The position numbers and the translations under genes are program-made. A stretch of DNA of 64,000 nucleotides from Candidatus Omnitrophota bacterium. GTDB lineage: Bacteria > Omnitrophota > Gorgyraeia > Duberdicusellales > 4484-171. The stretch spans positions 96,001 to 160,000 of the forward strand of contig JAIPGM010000001.1 of NCBI GenBank assembly GCA_021735655.1. Reading direction: 5' to 3'. Below, in pieces: positions 51,001 through 63,000 of the stretch (position 1 is the stretch's first letter; each line of letters begins with the position of its first letter). Under the pieces are notes generated by a model. That model was not told where the DNA came from. It made no database searches and saw nothing but the letters and a program-made list of their open reading frames with translations.

Positions 51001-54000
51001 CTTAGCTAGAGAGGGTTTTAATAATAGTGATGTGGTTAAACAGGATATGTTTTTACGTGATCCGAGCCAAAGACCCGAGGTTAAAGAAATGCTAGGTAAT
51101 TATTATGGAAGGGCGCCTCCGGCAACCAGTTTTATTCATCAGCCGCCGATAACCGGTGAGCTAGCTGCTACTGAATTGATTGTCATTAAGGGGGAGGGGG
51201 TCCAAGTCTACCGAGTAAATAAATATGCAACCTTAATTAATGCTGACGGACTTTGGATGCTTTATGTGGCTGGAATTGAACCGGATGCTAATTTAACTGA
51301 TACCTATCAGCAGGCCTATAATACTTTTTTAAAGTTACAGACTGTTTTAGAAGAAGTTAGGCTTGGCGCGGTAAGCTTTAAATTTGAAGATGTAATTAGA
51401 ACCTGGCTTTTTGAACGTGAGATAGTTGGTTTTGATGATCAAGAAAAAACTCAAGAGAGATATCAAAAGCTTAATCAAGCCCGACGCGTTTTATTTGATA
51501 CGGCTGATTCTGGATCAGGGGTTATTTTTGGCCGTCGTCTGCATTGTCCATCTTCTTGGCTTCTTTCCTGGCGAACGAGGATTGCTTTTTGGTTTTTAAA
51601 GTTTTCTTTTACTCATCGAATAAAGAAATTCGAAAAAATATTATTCAAATTAGCCCGAGTCAGGCCTCCGGCTTCAACCGGAATCGGTGCTTTGCCGGAA
51701 TTTCAAGCCCAAGGAATAAACGTTGCCATTGGTCCGGCTTTTGTTTTTGAAGCTTTAGCTTTGTTCGCTGAAAGTAATCGAGGCGATGTTTTAATTCAGT
51801 TTATTGAAAACCCCGAACAAACTCCGGCTCATGCTTATTCCAAAAAAGTATTACCCAAGGGAGAAAAGAAAAAGAAAAAAGCTTCCCCGGCTTTTAGCCG
51901 TGGTATGGCTGTATTTATGGATTACATTTGGATAATCATTTCTGGAACAGCTTCAGTTAAAGGTGAAAAGGTAGTCTCTGTTGGTGATGTAAGAGGTCAA
52001 GCTGAGACCACGATTGATAATTTAAGATTAGTAGTTGGTCAGGCTGGAGCCCAGTTAAAAGATATACCGCAATTAAGAGTGTATATCAAGAATTGGCAGG
52101 ATTATCAGACTGTAAGGTCGGTAGTTGAAAAGCATTTTCCCGATACTCCGGCCCTATATCTTTTGGCTGATGTCTGTCGGCCAGAGTGGTTAGTTGAAAT
52201 TGAAGCCATGGCTTTTATTCCTCGAGAAGAAGGGGTTTCTAAGCCTTTAGACAATGGTAAAAATAGAATTCGGCAAGGTGAGATCTGGTCTCCTCACCGT
52301 GGCTGGCGGGATCCAGCTCCCTTGCCGGATTATATATCTGTTCCGCTCGACAATGGCAAAAGAACTCTAGATTCATTGCCAACCAGACTCAGGGTTTTCT
52401 TAAGACTTAATAATATTGATCCAGCTAAAACTTATTTATTTGCCATGAGCGGCGGTGATTGTGCCGGGCCAAATTCAGCTTATTATGGTGCAGTTAGAGA
52501 GGCTGATAAATATGGTTATAAAGTATTAGGGGTGTTGAATGGTTTTGAAGGGTTAGGGGCTAATCCGGATTTATTCGTTGATCAACTTATTTATATTACT
52601 TCCGAAGGCATTGAGCGATTAAAAGGAATGCCGAGTATTCATGTTGGGTCTTCTCGGGCTAAATTTAAGGATAAACGCGAAAATATTTTAGTTAATTGCG
52701 CTGCTTTTGCCGGAGTAATTTTTGTTGTTGGTGATGACCATTCTAAGCAAACCGGCGAGCTAGCTGAAAGCGGCATAGCAACTATAGCTATTCCCAAAAC
52801 TATTGATTATGACTTTTTGGCGGAATCTTTAGGGTCACATAGTGCTATTTCTGAGGCCCGGCGACTTTACCTACGGGCTCATCGCATGGCCCAAGAGGAT
52901 CATTTTGTTCAAGTTATTGAATTTATGGGACGTGATGCTGGCTGGCTAACCTTTTTGGCAGCTCAGCAGGTTGCTGGAGCTAACTTTATTCTTCTCCCGG
53001 AAAAAAGCGCTGGCTTTAAGGATGTTTTAATTAAAGCTTTGTCAGTTATTTTAGAGGAAGGTTATTTGACTATCGCTATGGCTGAAGGTTATAGCTTTAG
53101 AGATTTCCAGGAAAAAGATCGTATCTTTGGAGGGCCGCTGTTTTATAAATTCTTAGATATTATACCGTTTCTTAAGGCTAAATTTTATTCTAAAGGCCAA
53201 ACCGATGTACATGGTAACCCCAAATTATCAGGAATAGCTGAGTACTTGTCTTTAGCTATTCGTTATTTGCCACGCTTGGCCAAGCATGATGCCGATATAA
53301 ATAGGCTTTATCAAGCGATTAAACTTAAGTACCCACATTATTTTGGTACTGACTTGCGTTATAAGGCTAAGGGCGAGGTAATGCAGAATGTTCGTTTATC
53401 GATTTTAGGCTATATTTTAAGAGGCCTTCCTTCAGATGATTACGATACTAGATTGGGAGAGGCTTATGGAAGAGCCGCAGTTAGGTTACTTCAGGCCGGA
53501 AAAAGCGGTTTAGAAGTTACAATTAGTAAAACTTGTACTTTGCGTTCATCTAGTTGGTTAAGAGCTATTCTTAGGGGGGAAGGGGTGAAAGCTGTTCCAA
53601 TAGTTGAGGTAGCCATAAAACAATATGTGGCTAAAAGCGATGATCCGGCTAAGGCGGCTATAGCTTTTCATCTTAGCGATAAGAAAATAGCTGAGGCCGG
53701 GGTTTGGTGGCAAGGCTCCCAAGAACTTATTACCCATAAAAGAGTAAGTCAGCTAGTCCGCGAAAAAGATTTAGGCCCGAGCCCGCGCGAACAGGCGCGC
53801 AGATCTCAATATAGCGCAGCTATTTCAGCAGCCATCCATACTACAACATCAATTTTCGGTTTTAGAAAGGTCGATGGTTTAGATTCAGATGATTTAGCTC
53901 TTTATGCTGGCGATCAAACTCCACGCGATAAGAGTTTGCTTCCGGGACATAAACAGTATTGCTTGGCTGAGACCAAAGGCAGTACCATGATTCTTTTAGC

Positions 54001-57000
54001 TAATCCTTTAGCGGAAGTTAGATCGCCTTATCTGCGTGATTTACTACTTGATATTTTAGGTAAGATGACTGAGCGTGTTAGTTTCATTGATGAAAGTACC
54101 CGAAGGCTTGTTCAACGTAAGATGCGTGGTTATGTTAATTTAGTAGTTTCCGATAAGTTTTTATTGAGAGATTTTACTGAATCGACAGATTTATTTTCAA
54201 AGCTCTTATCTTTAGATCCAGTATTAAAGGCTCGCTATGAGTTTAATCAGTATTTTTTCGATCACGGAACCCCGGGTTTTATGGAGCTAATGTGCACATT
54301 AGTTTCAGCAATTACTCACTTGCCACAACTAGCTCAAGGTGATCCAGAGTTAATTGATGCAGTTCAGAGACTTTATGCGAATCGACCAGAGGTGTTCGGT
54401 AAAGATCCTGAACGCAAAGGTGAACTTATCTTAAAAAGTTTACGCCTTAATATGCCCAATCAGGTTATCGGAAGGAAACCGACTCCTTTAAGAGAGGCTG
54501 ACCTGCGACGTAGCGGAGTTTGGCTAGGTCGTCAAAAGCCGCTTGATAACGGAAAAGCAAAAGTAGTTTTAAAGCCAGGAAATATGGATTACCATTTAAG
54601 TGTGGCGCGGAATACTCATTTTAGCAATGCTGCTTCCAAAATTGTTCCTTGTTTTTTAGATAATTTAGCTAAGGCTCAAATCAAAGGAATGCATAAAGAA
54701 ATTAGTGCGGTATTAGTCCATGACGATCAGGGGAATATTCCGATTTTTGCCTCGGCTGATCGGGCCAAGCTAGATGGTTTTGCAATTAATCATTCTTTGA
54801 TTGCTCAGGCTTCTGGTATTCAAGTAGATAGAGGTTTTGCTCGAATTGTGCTCTTTTTTAGAGTTGAAGATGAAAAAGCCGATAGTGTAGCCATATTTCC
54901 TAATTCTTTTATAGATAAAACTGAGTTACTTAGTAAAGATTTAGACATAGCTTTTAGAGCCAAAGCTAAATTATTCGGTGATTTTTCAAAAATTGCTTTG
55001 TTAATTAAGGAAGTCTTTCTCCAGATGGGTTATACTCCAGAGTATATTGACACGATTTGGCTTTCTAATTTTGATGGCGGGGCTTTCGGGTTTAGTAATC
55101 CACGGAAAAAAGTTAAGACCTTTGGCGATGCTTTAGCTTTGATTGAGTTGATGACTACCTTAGAGACACAGATACCTTTAGATAATGGTCGTAAGACAAA
55201 TGATGATCAAGCTAAATCAGAGGGTGTCAGCCGTCGCGATTTCGAGATTAGATCTCTTCTCGGTGGGCTTTGTGCCTTTTGTGGTGGAAGCTTGCCGGAG
55301 TTTGCCGGTGCTGCGGCTGGTTCAGCGGCAAGCCTATCGGAAATTCAAGCTAGACTTAAGGTAATGAAGTTATTTGAACAAGGAGTCAGAGATTTATTAA
55401 TTAATGGAGGTATAGTTGCTCGGCCAGCTTTTATCAGTCCAGCTGAGTGGGGTATTTTGAATTTTGATCTTTACCGTTTTAATTTAGTCCAAGTTATGGA
55501 TGATTGTGGTGGTTCTATGAATGCTGCCGAGCGGGTTGCTCAAGGGGTTAGAGACTTTGCCCAATACGTTAATGATCCGCGACTACAAAGATATTTTTCA
55601 CAGCAAGCTCGAGAGAAATTAGTTCAGCAGAGAAAGGATAACAGCCAAATTAGAAGAGAAATAGCTGATATCAAGATTTTACTTGAAATAGCTCGAGACG
55701 CCTACCATCACATGAGTTCGCCGGTAGATTTACCGGGAATAGTTAAGCAATTAGAATTTGAGTTATTTCTTAAAAGAGGGCAAGTCGGTTTTAATTCGGC
55801 TAGTGTTAAGTTGGAAGCTTTGTTGGTAGATAAAAATGATGAGCCTTTGGATAACGGAAGAACTATTGACCAGCAAAAAACTATTCTAAGGGAGCAGGTA
55901 CCGAGTCTTAGCGATAGAGCTCACTCAGCTAAACTCGCCGCAATTTATTCAAATCGTTTAAATGCTAAATTATCTGACAAAGGTTGGGGTATGCCCGGTG
56001 ATCTTAGGTTAGTTAAGGGAATAACCCTAACCGTAAACAGAGTTATTGCTCCTTGTTATGAGCTGTTTTTAAATATTATGCGTCACGGAAGGGGTGGAGA
56101 ATTTAAGGCGGATTATCGTCAAGGTTGGCTGGGTGAAAAAGAATTAACGGTTGTTGGTTTTGACCAGGGTTTGGGTATTGCTAATCCGGATCAGCTTTTC
56201 GCTGATAAGTTAGAGCTACTAGCTATTGCTGAAGATACAGCTGATTTAGACAAGAGGGAATTAAGTCGAGGAATTGTTCATATCGTGCTTGATCCGGACA
56301 GCGTGATGCTTGAAACCAGAGGCATAAGGTGGGCTAGGTCAATATTAGATGTTGAAGTTCGTTCAGGATTGTTTATGCCGGTAGTTACTTTGCAGCCGAG
56401 AGGCAAAAGTGAGGTTAATAAAGGTTTACGTTGGACTTTGGGATGGAAGAGGCAAGCCAGTCCTTTAGACAACGGCAGACAATCTCTGATTCCGGCTTTA
56501 GCTGCTGCTGAGCATATACCTTATGGAGAAGTAATCACAAAAATACTTGTAGTTTCAGGAATGATAATGATAGCTGTAGTAATGCTTAACTTTTTTTATA
56601 TAGTAGTTCGTATACTAATTGTCGAAGTAAATGATTTGATAAAACGATCCAGAAAGAAAACTAAGCCTAAGGGTCTATCGGCCTATGCTCGTTCAATGGG
56701 ATTATATTTTTTAAGACAAAGATCATCTGGCCTAGATAAATATTATGTCAAAGGGTCTTTCTCGCGTTTCTTTAGTGTAGATACTAATAAAAGAAAACCT
56801 AAATCTGGTCACGATAAACCGCTCGATAACGGAAAAGATAAAGACCAGAGTCCAGACAAGCGTATTCCGATAGCAAAATTATTACCACAGTTACTTAAAC
56901 AATCCCAGGCTGAGCTGTCTCAAGGTCCGCCTCATACAATTAGCCAAACCAGTGAAATATTAATGCGAGTTGGCGAGCTAACAGTGTCACTTAGCTACCT

Positions 57001-60000
57001 AAGAAGACAGTTAGGTATATATTTAAGAGCTAATCCTTCAGTTGAGATAACTCATAATATTTCTTCCGGTGGTTCAGTTCGTAATCACAGTGGTTTACTC
57101 CCTGGAGAAACCTTAATTGAGGTAAGGACCGCTGGGCGACCGACTAGATTAGTAAAAGTAATTCGGGTTGGTAGTTTTGGTTCAGAGATTGGCCTAAAAA
57201 GTCCTAGGCTCAGAGAATGGATAAATTCCCGATATCAAGAGTTAGCTGAGTTTGTAAACTTGGGCGATGAGTTTGAATGGAGAACTAAGAATGGTAGGCC
57301 GCGTTTGCCCGGTGATTTGTATCCGGGTTATGAAATTTTAGGATATCGAATGCTTAAAGATGGAAGGACCAGCGCTGATTTTATATTTATTTTTGAAAGA
57401 CAAAGCTCTAAGAAATTGAGAGGAGATGAAGGGTTAGTTAGATTAATGGTTTCTAATCCTAAGAACCTAAATCGACCGGTATACTTGGGAATGATTTGTC
57501 GCGATCCGAGATTTTTTGAATTAGCTGAGCGACTAACGACTGGTGTAACCCTTAGCGATATAGTAGCGACCCCTAAGGGTGAACCGCTTGATAACGGAAA
57601 GAATAACCCTTATTCTGATGCTGAAATCGAAGCTATGACTGCCCAGATAGCTCCTCAAGGTTTAGCTGAGTGGGATGAACAGATAGCGAGTTTAAGCTTA
57701 GCCGCTGAGAGTTTCTTGGAAACTGAAAAAGCAGTAAGAGATCATTTGGCGATGCTTAATCAACGCTTTGGTCCATTGGGAATTCGTTTCACTGCCACCC
57801 AGGTGGGTTTAGTTGCAATTATGAGTAAACCAGCAGATCTGGAACATAGTGATGCTTTACAGGAAGAGGTATTCCGTTACTATGAATTGGCTGAAGAAGC
57901 TAAACGGGCTCAAACTAACTGTCAGCAATGTCATAATAATTTATTAAATAGTTTTAGTGGTATTTTAGAACCGGCCATTAGTATGGCGGTTACCATCAGC
58001 CGGAGCCAAAATCGACCAGCTCAGTTTAATCAGCTTAGGAGTGCGATTATTGTTTCTCAAGAGCGTTGGCAGGCAGCTAAAGAAATTGAAAAAAGCTTAG
58101 CAGCTGTTGTTTTTGAGGGAGCATCTATCCATCTTCCGGAAACAATTCTTCCTCAAGGAGTAAGCTCTGAGGAAGCTGAGCGGTTGTTTAAAGATGTGTT
58201 CATCGATATTAAATCACCTTATCTAAGATTACGATTGATATCGCTTGATTTATACTTTTTATTGTTTCGTTTAGCTATCGGTACAATTGAACCAGTTCTT
58301 GGTTACAATCGGGCTTTAAGTTTAGCCCAGCGTGCGGCCACCCTTGAGAAACTTAACGAAAGACTTCTTCCAGAAAATCGCGGGGTTAGAGGAATACATC
58401 AGATTTTTGAATCAGCTAACGGCAATTTAGGTGAAATCAGAGCAATTATTGCTGAACGCCAAAGTCGGATAGTAGCAATTGATCAGCCAGCTGACTTATT
58501 AGCTTTAGATATTTTAGTTGCGCGAATTGAAGATGATTGTGTTTTAATGCAACGGGCTTTAAGTCTTGATAAAAGAGAAGCGCTACCGACTCTTGCACGT
58601 AGATTATTAAAATTAGCTGCTGATATTAAAGCACAGCGTCAAAGCACTCCGGTGGGTGCTGTATTCTCGGCACTTTTACCTAAGAACTCCCAGGGTAAAC
58701 AGAAAGAATCACCGACTAAACAGAATGCTTTTATTGTTGTTACCATGAGTGCTAACCAAGCTCCGATGGTTCACATTACTAATAAGCCGGCTGGTTTGCT
58801 GGATAATGAAGTTGGTCGGATTGCCTTTAGAGCCCTTGATTGTTTTAGTTGGCAAGATTTAGAAATTAGTGAAGGGGTTGATCGACTTAATTTATTAGGC
58901 GCACTTGGTCCGCTTAGTTATGGAATAACTCGTGAGCTTCGTCAGAAAGGTCTATTTATGTTAACCGGCGAGATATACAATTTGTTAAAAACGATAAGAA
59001 ATTTAGGCCGGGTTAAATTAATTATTCTTCCGAATCAAACAGCTCAACCTCAGGCAATACTTGATCTTGAGAGAACTTTAGAATTAGCTGATAGTCCTTT
59101 AGATAACGGCCGACCTTTGTCAGTTTATGAAGCAAATAAAAGGTTTTTTATGGCTTTGGGAGAATTAGTTCAGTGGCAACAAAGTTCACCAAAAAATTAC
59201 TGGTTTAAAAATACTGACCAGTTTTTGCAAGACTTGGCTGGTTTTCGTGAAAGATTTGAGGAATTAGTTGGTCAACCTCAGCTTGGAGAATTTCCTCAGT
59301 CATTAACTTCTTTGCTTGAAACCAATGAGAGGGTGGTGGGTGTTTTTCGTTACCAGTTTTATGCCGAAATTGAAGAGTGGCGAGATGAAGTTCTAGCTGT
59401 TCTCACCAATTTAGAAGCCGATAGCGGATATCTGTTTGAGGCAGTAACCGAATTAAAAGAGTTAGTTTCAATACACAAAGATAGTATTCTTCATTTTCAA
59501 ACCTTTATTGAGAATATAGCTAAAATTCAGAGTACTATAATTTCAGAGATAATGAGAAGGTTAATTCAAGTTGATGAGCGGCTCGATCAGTTACTTGAAC
59601 AAATTGAACAAGAAGGTTCAGAAGTTAGCCAAATTTTAACTGAGCTATCTGAGGTATTTTCTGATATATATGGTTTACATTTTGAAGTTTGTATAACTAC
59701 AGCTAGTCGTTATCTTACAAAAGGTAACGATTTAGTTAAGGAAATATTTCAATATTTTCTTGATAGATTAGATGAGGCGAAACCGCTTGATAATGGCCGA
59801 AGACCTAGGCGGCGTTCAGATAAAGGTGAAAGTAAGTGGGATATTTTAGATCGGTTTAGCCAAAAACTCAGAACTGTGGATACGGAAGTATTAGCGGACG
59901 TAGACCAACAAAGAAGCATTGGAGCTAAGAGAAGAATTTTAACTAGAATCGGTATAGATGAAGCTAGCCAATTAGACGGAGCTTTCTTGCTAGGCGCAGT

Positions 60001-63000
60001 TAGCAAAGCCTTAAAGCGCCAGGTTGGAAATTTAAGCCATGATTCAAGCCCGATTACCGTAACTGAGCCGCTTATTTATGCTGGAGTTGGTCGTTTTCTA
60101 ATTTGCTATAAAGATGAAAATATTGACGATGGCCTAGCAGTTAAAATTGCTAGCAGCGAAGCTTCTTTGCGTAATGCTGATCTTTATTCTTTAAACGGAG
60201 TCCGCATCGCCATTAATCGTTTAGGCACAGGCTTAGCTGCCAGCACAATGATTATTGATGCCCGTTGGCCAGAGGTTAGGTCTTTTGTTTTTAACGTTAT
60301 TGATCAAGCTGGACATCCTAGAAGGATTGAAACTCAAATCGCTATCGTCCAACAAAAAGTTTTACCGTTAATTGAGTATTTAAAACGTTTAGGTCGTCGA
60401 GGCTCTAAGGACCAAGATGTATTAAAGGCAATTACCTATGTTGATAAGTTTAAACAGCTTATAATTGCTATGTATAAACAAGGGGTTATTGATGATGATA
60501 CTTTTAATATTGTGGGAAATTACGGGATATTAAAGGTTAATGATAGTATTGTAATTTTTGATCTCGGTGATCTTTCTGATTCAGCTGATCGAGCTGCAGG
60601 TTTTGTTAGAAATTTAGATAGCTACAACCAACAGATGTTTGAAGCCTTTTTAGAAATAGACGGTGTTTTCCTTGATGAACGGATTGCCGATTATTTTATA
60701 AATAACCCGTTAAAAAGAGAAGATTTTATTTCTGGCCAAGGAGATCTATTCGGATCCGAATACGATCGGGAAAGTTCAAGAATGGTTTTCCCTTACGATG
60801 AGGAAACAGTAAGGATGTGGGGGGTTCGGGCTTTTGATTTAGTAAGCCCCGATACAGAGGCTAGCCAGCAACCACTCAATAATGGAAAAGCTAGGACTAT
60901 TTCTCGTTTTGAACAAGAAACTAGAACTGAGCCTTATCTTGTTCCTGAAGCTGAAGGCGTTGTATATCAAGCAGTGGCTAAATTTTTTAGAGCTAATGGA
61001 GATAGCCAGACATTTAGAGTTCTAGATCTTTTCAGTGGAGCCCATACCTATATACCGACCTTGAACCAAGTTCAGGTTGAAGAGTGTATTGGCGTAGGCA
61101 TAAGGGCGCAAGAGTTAGAATTGAATCCTAACTTAAAAGGTAACCCTAGCTACTTAGTTTTAGATTTAAATCAGGATAAGTTGCCTGAGCAGTGGAATCA
61201 GCGTTTTGATTTAGTCTTAGTGGTTAACGGGGTAGCTTACGTTGAGGATCATTTCAGATTATTTGCTGAGGCTGCAACTGTGACTAGACTCGGTGGCAGA
61301 TTATTAGTTGTTTTTACTACTGAAGCCTATTCTACCGAGATTTCAAAAACTTGGAAATATTTAGGTAGCGGTTCTTTAGGCCAGAGAAATAAAATTAGAC
61401 ATATTAGTGAATCAATAGCTAGAGTTCGCCAGTTTGGGCCTGTTGCCCATGGACATTTTACTTATACCATTCAACATGGCTTAGATATTTATGATAAGCC
61501 TTTAGAAATCATTACTGCGGTCAGAAAGAGTAGTGCTATTCCGCTCGATAACGGTAAAGTGCGTTTGCCGATAAGTCCTTTGAGGTTAGCTTCGTTAGTA
61601 ATAGTTCCCTGGTTTGCTATCGGATTATCGATTTATTTTGGTGATTGGTACGTTGATACAGTTAAATCATCGGATTTAAACGCAATGTTAGTTAAAGGGT
61701 TTTTAGGTGGTCTAGCTTGTGGTTTTGGGATGTATGTAAAGCAGACAATTAGTGGCCAAACCCTGAGCCGTAAAAATTTCGGAAAGATACTTCGTTGGAC
61801 TTTAGCCGGATCAATATATTTAGGTTTAATTGTTTTTGGTGCCTGGTATGGATTTTTGAAAGCTAATGTTCCCAGTGATGTTTGGAAGGTTATTTTAGAT
61901 ATAACTTTATTTTCAGCTTTCATCGGTTTACCGCTAAACTATTTAATTCAAAGATATATTGTTGACTATGACAGCTACCGTAAAAAAACAATTAAAAAGC
62001 ATATTGTTAATTATCTACGTCTTTGGATTTTTAATGCCAGCTGGTGGGGATTTTGGTTAGGCCTTTCTTGGTCACTTTGGCCGGATAGTATCGACCTTAT
62101 TGTGGCCAATGTAAGGATTATTTGGTCCGGCATATTTATTTATTATCTTAGTGAGTGGGTTGAATCTGGTTCAAGTAGTCTACAAGCGTCATCTAAACCA
62201 CTCGATAACGGCCATCAACCGCGTAAAATTATTTGGATTAATTTTGGTGGTTGGCGCGGCTATTGGTTTGCGGCAACCGGCATTGAAACTTTAGCCGGTT
62301 TTATTGAGAAAAATTATTCCGGCGAGTTAGAGCAGGAAGTTTTTTATTATAACCCTAGCCAGATTACTCAATTTAGCGAGCATCTAAGTCAGGCCTCAGC
62401 TGATTTTATTTGTTTTTCAGTTAATCCGATGTATTTTGATTTGGCTATGGATTTTGCTCAAGAGATTCAAGCTAGTTTAGAGGCTTCACCTAACACGAGA
62501 TTAGTTTTTGGTAACCGGGGAATATCTGGCAAGGAAGCAGCAATCCTAAAAGCTTTTCCTGAAGCTTTAGTAGTAACCAACGAAGGTGAAGAAGCTATGC
62601 TGGGAATTGTTAAAGGCGACGCCCGAGAGTCAATTCCTAATCTTTGGTATGTTGATCAAAACGGAGAAGCTAAATTTACTTATCCTCAGGTACTTTCGGC
62701 AGCTGATTACGTGGCTCCTTCTAAAAATATTCGCAAGATCAATGAACAGCCGCTTCCTTGGTATCAGGATGTTGGCTTTGTTGAGGGAACTCGTGATTGT
62801 TCAAAAGCTAGTTCGCGGCCTTGCACTTTTTGTGTGCATAGTTGTCGTCGAGCTCAGATACCAAAAAATCAATGGCGCTTGCTTAATGTTGCTGAGACTT
62901 TAAAGAGTATCGAGGCAGAAGTTAATTCCGGTAAAAGTACAATCAACATTGTAGCTGAAGATTTATTGGGTAGCGATCCAAAGCAAGTAGAACTTTTATT

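Larger units (their letters stand above)
11636..62212 (+). repeat. Protein-level punctuation motif P-L-(D/N)-N-G-[K/R], at least 53 in-frame copies delimiting modules. Not a nucleotide repeat.
   Basis: Pro-codon start positions: 11636, 11738, 12002, 12563 (PLNNG), 12686, 13538, 15650, 16127, 18122, 18446, 22046, 22640, 23624, 24461, 25088, 25988, 26930, 27641, 28838, 30869, 31454, 31718, 32516, 33785, 34376 (PLNNG), 35033, 36473, 36602, 37211, 39137, 39185, 41672, 41891, 43025, 45185, 46793, 46814, 49232, 50807, 50828, 52244, 52343, 54539, 55175, 55844, 56462, 56819, 57584, 59096, 59783, 60872 (PLNNG), 61541, 62198. Codons are synonymous-variable (cct/ccg/cca; tta/ttg/ctt/ctc/cta; gat/gac; aat/aac; ggt/gga/ggc/ggg). 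The residue after the motif is K or R in about 45 of 53 sites. Spacing ranges from 21 nt to about 3.6 kb. Confidence 0.9.

Noticed and set aside
11636-62212. Recurring cctttagataatgg-like strings interpreted as a CRISPR array or other DNA-level direct repeat
   Set aside because: The spacing is highly irregular, from 21 nt to about 3.6 kb. The nucleotide sequence varies synonymously at every codon while the encoded PLDNG is constant. Every copy is in the same reading frame within a continuous ORF. The motif is protein-level, not a nucleic-acid repeat.
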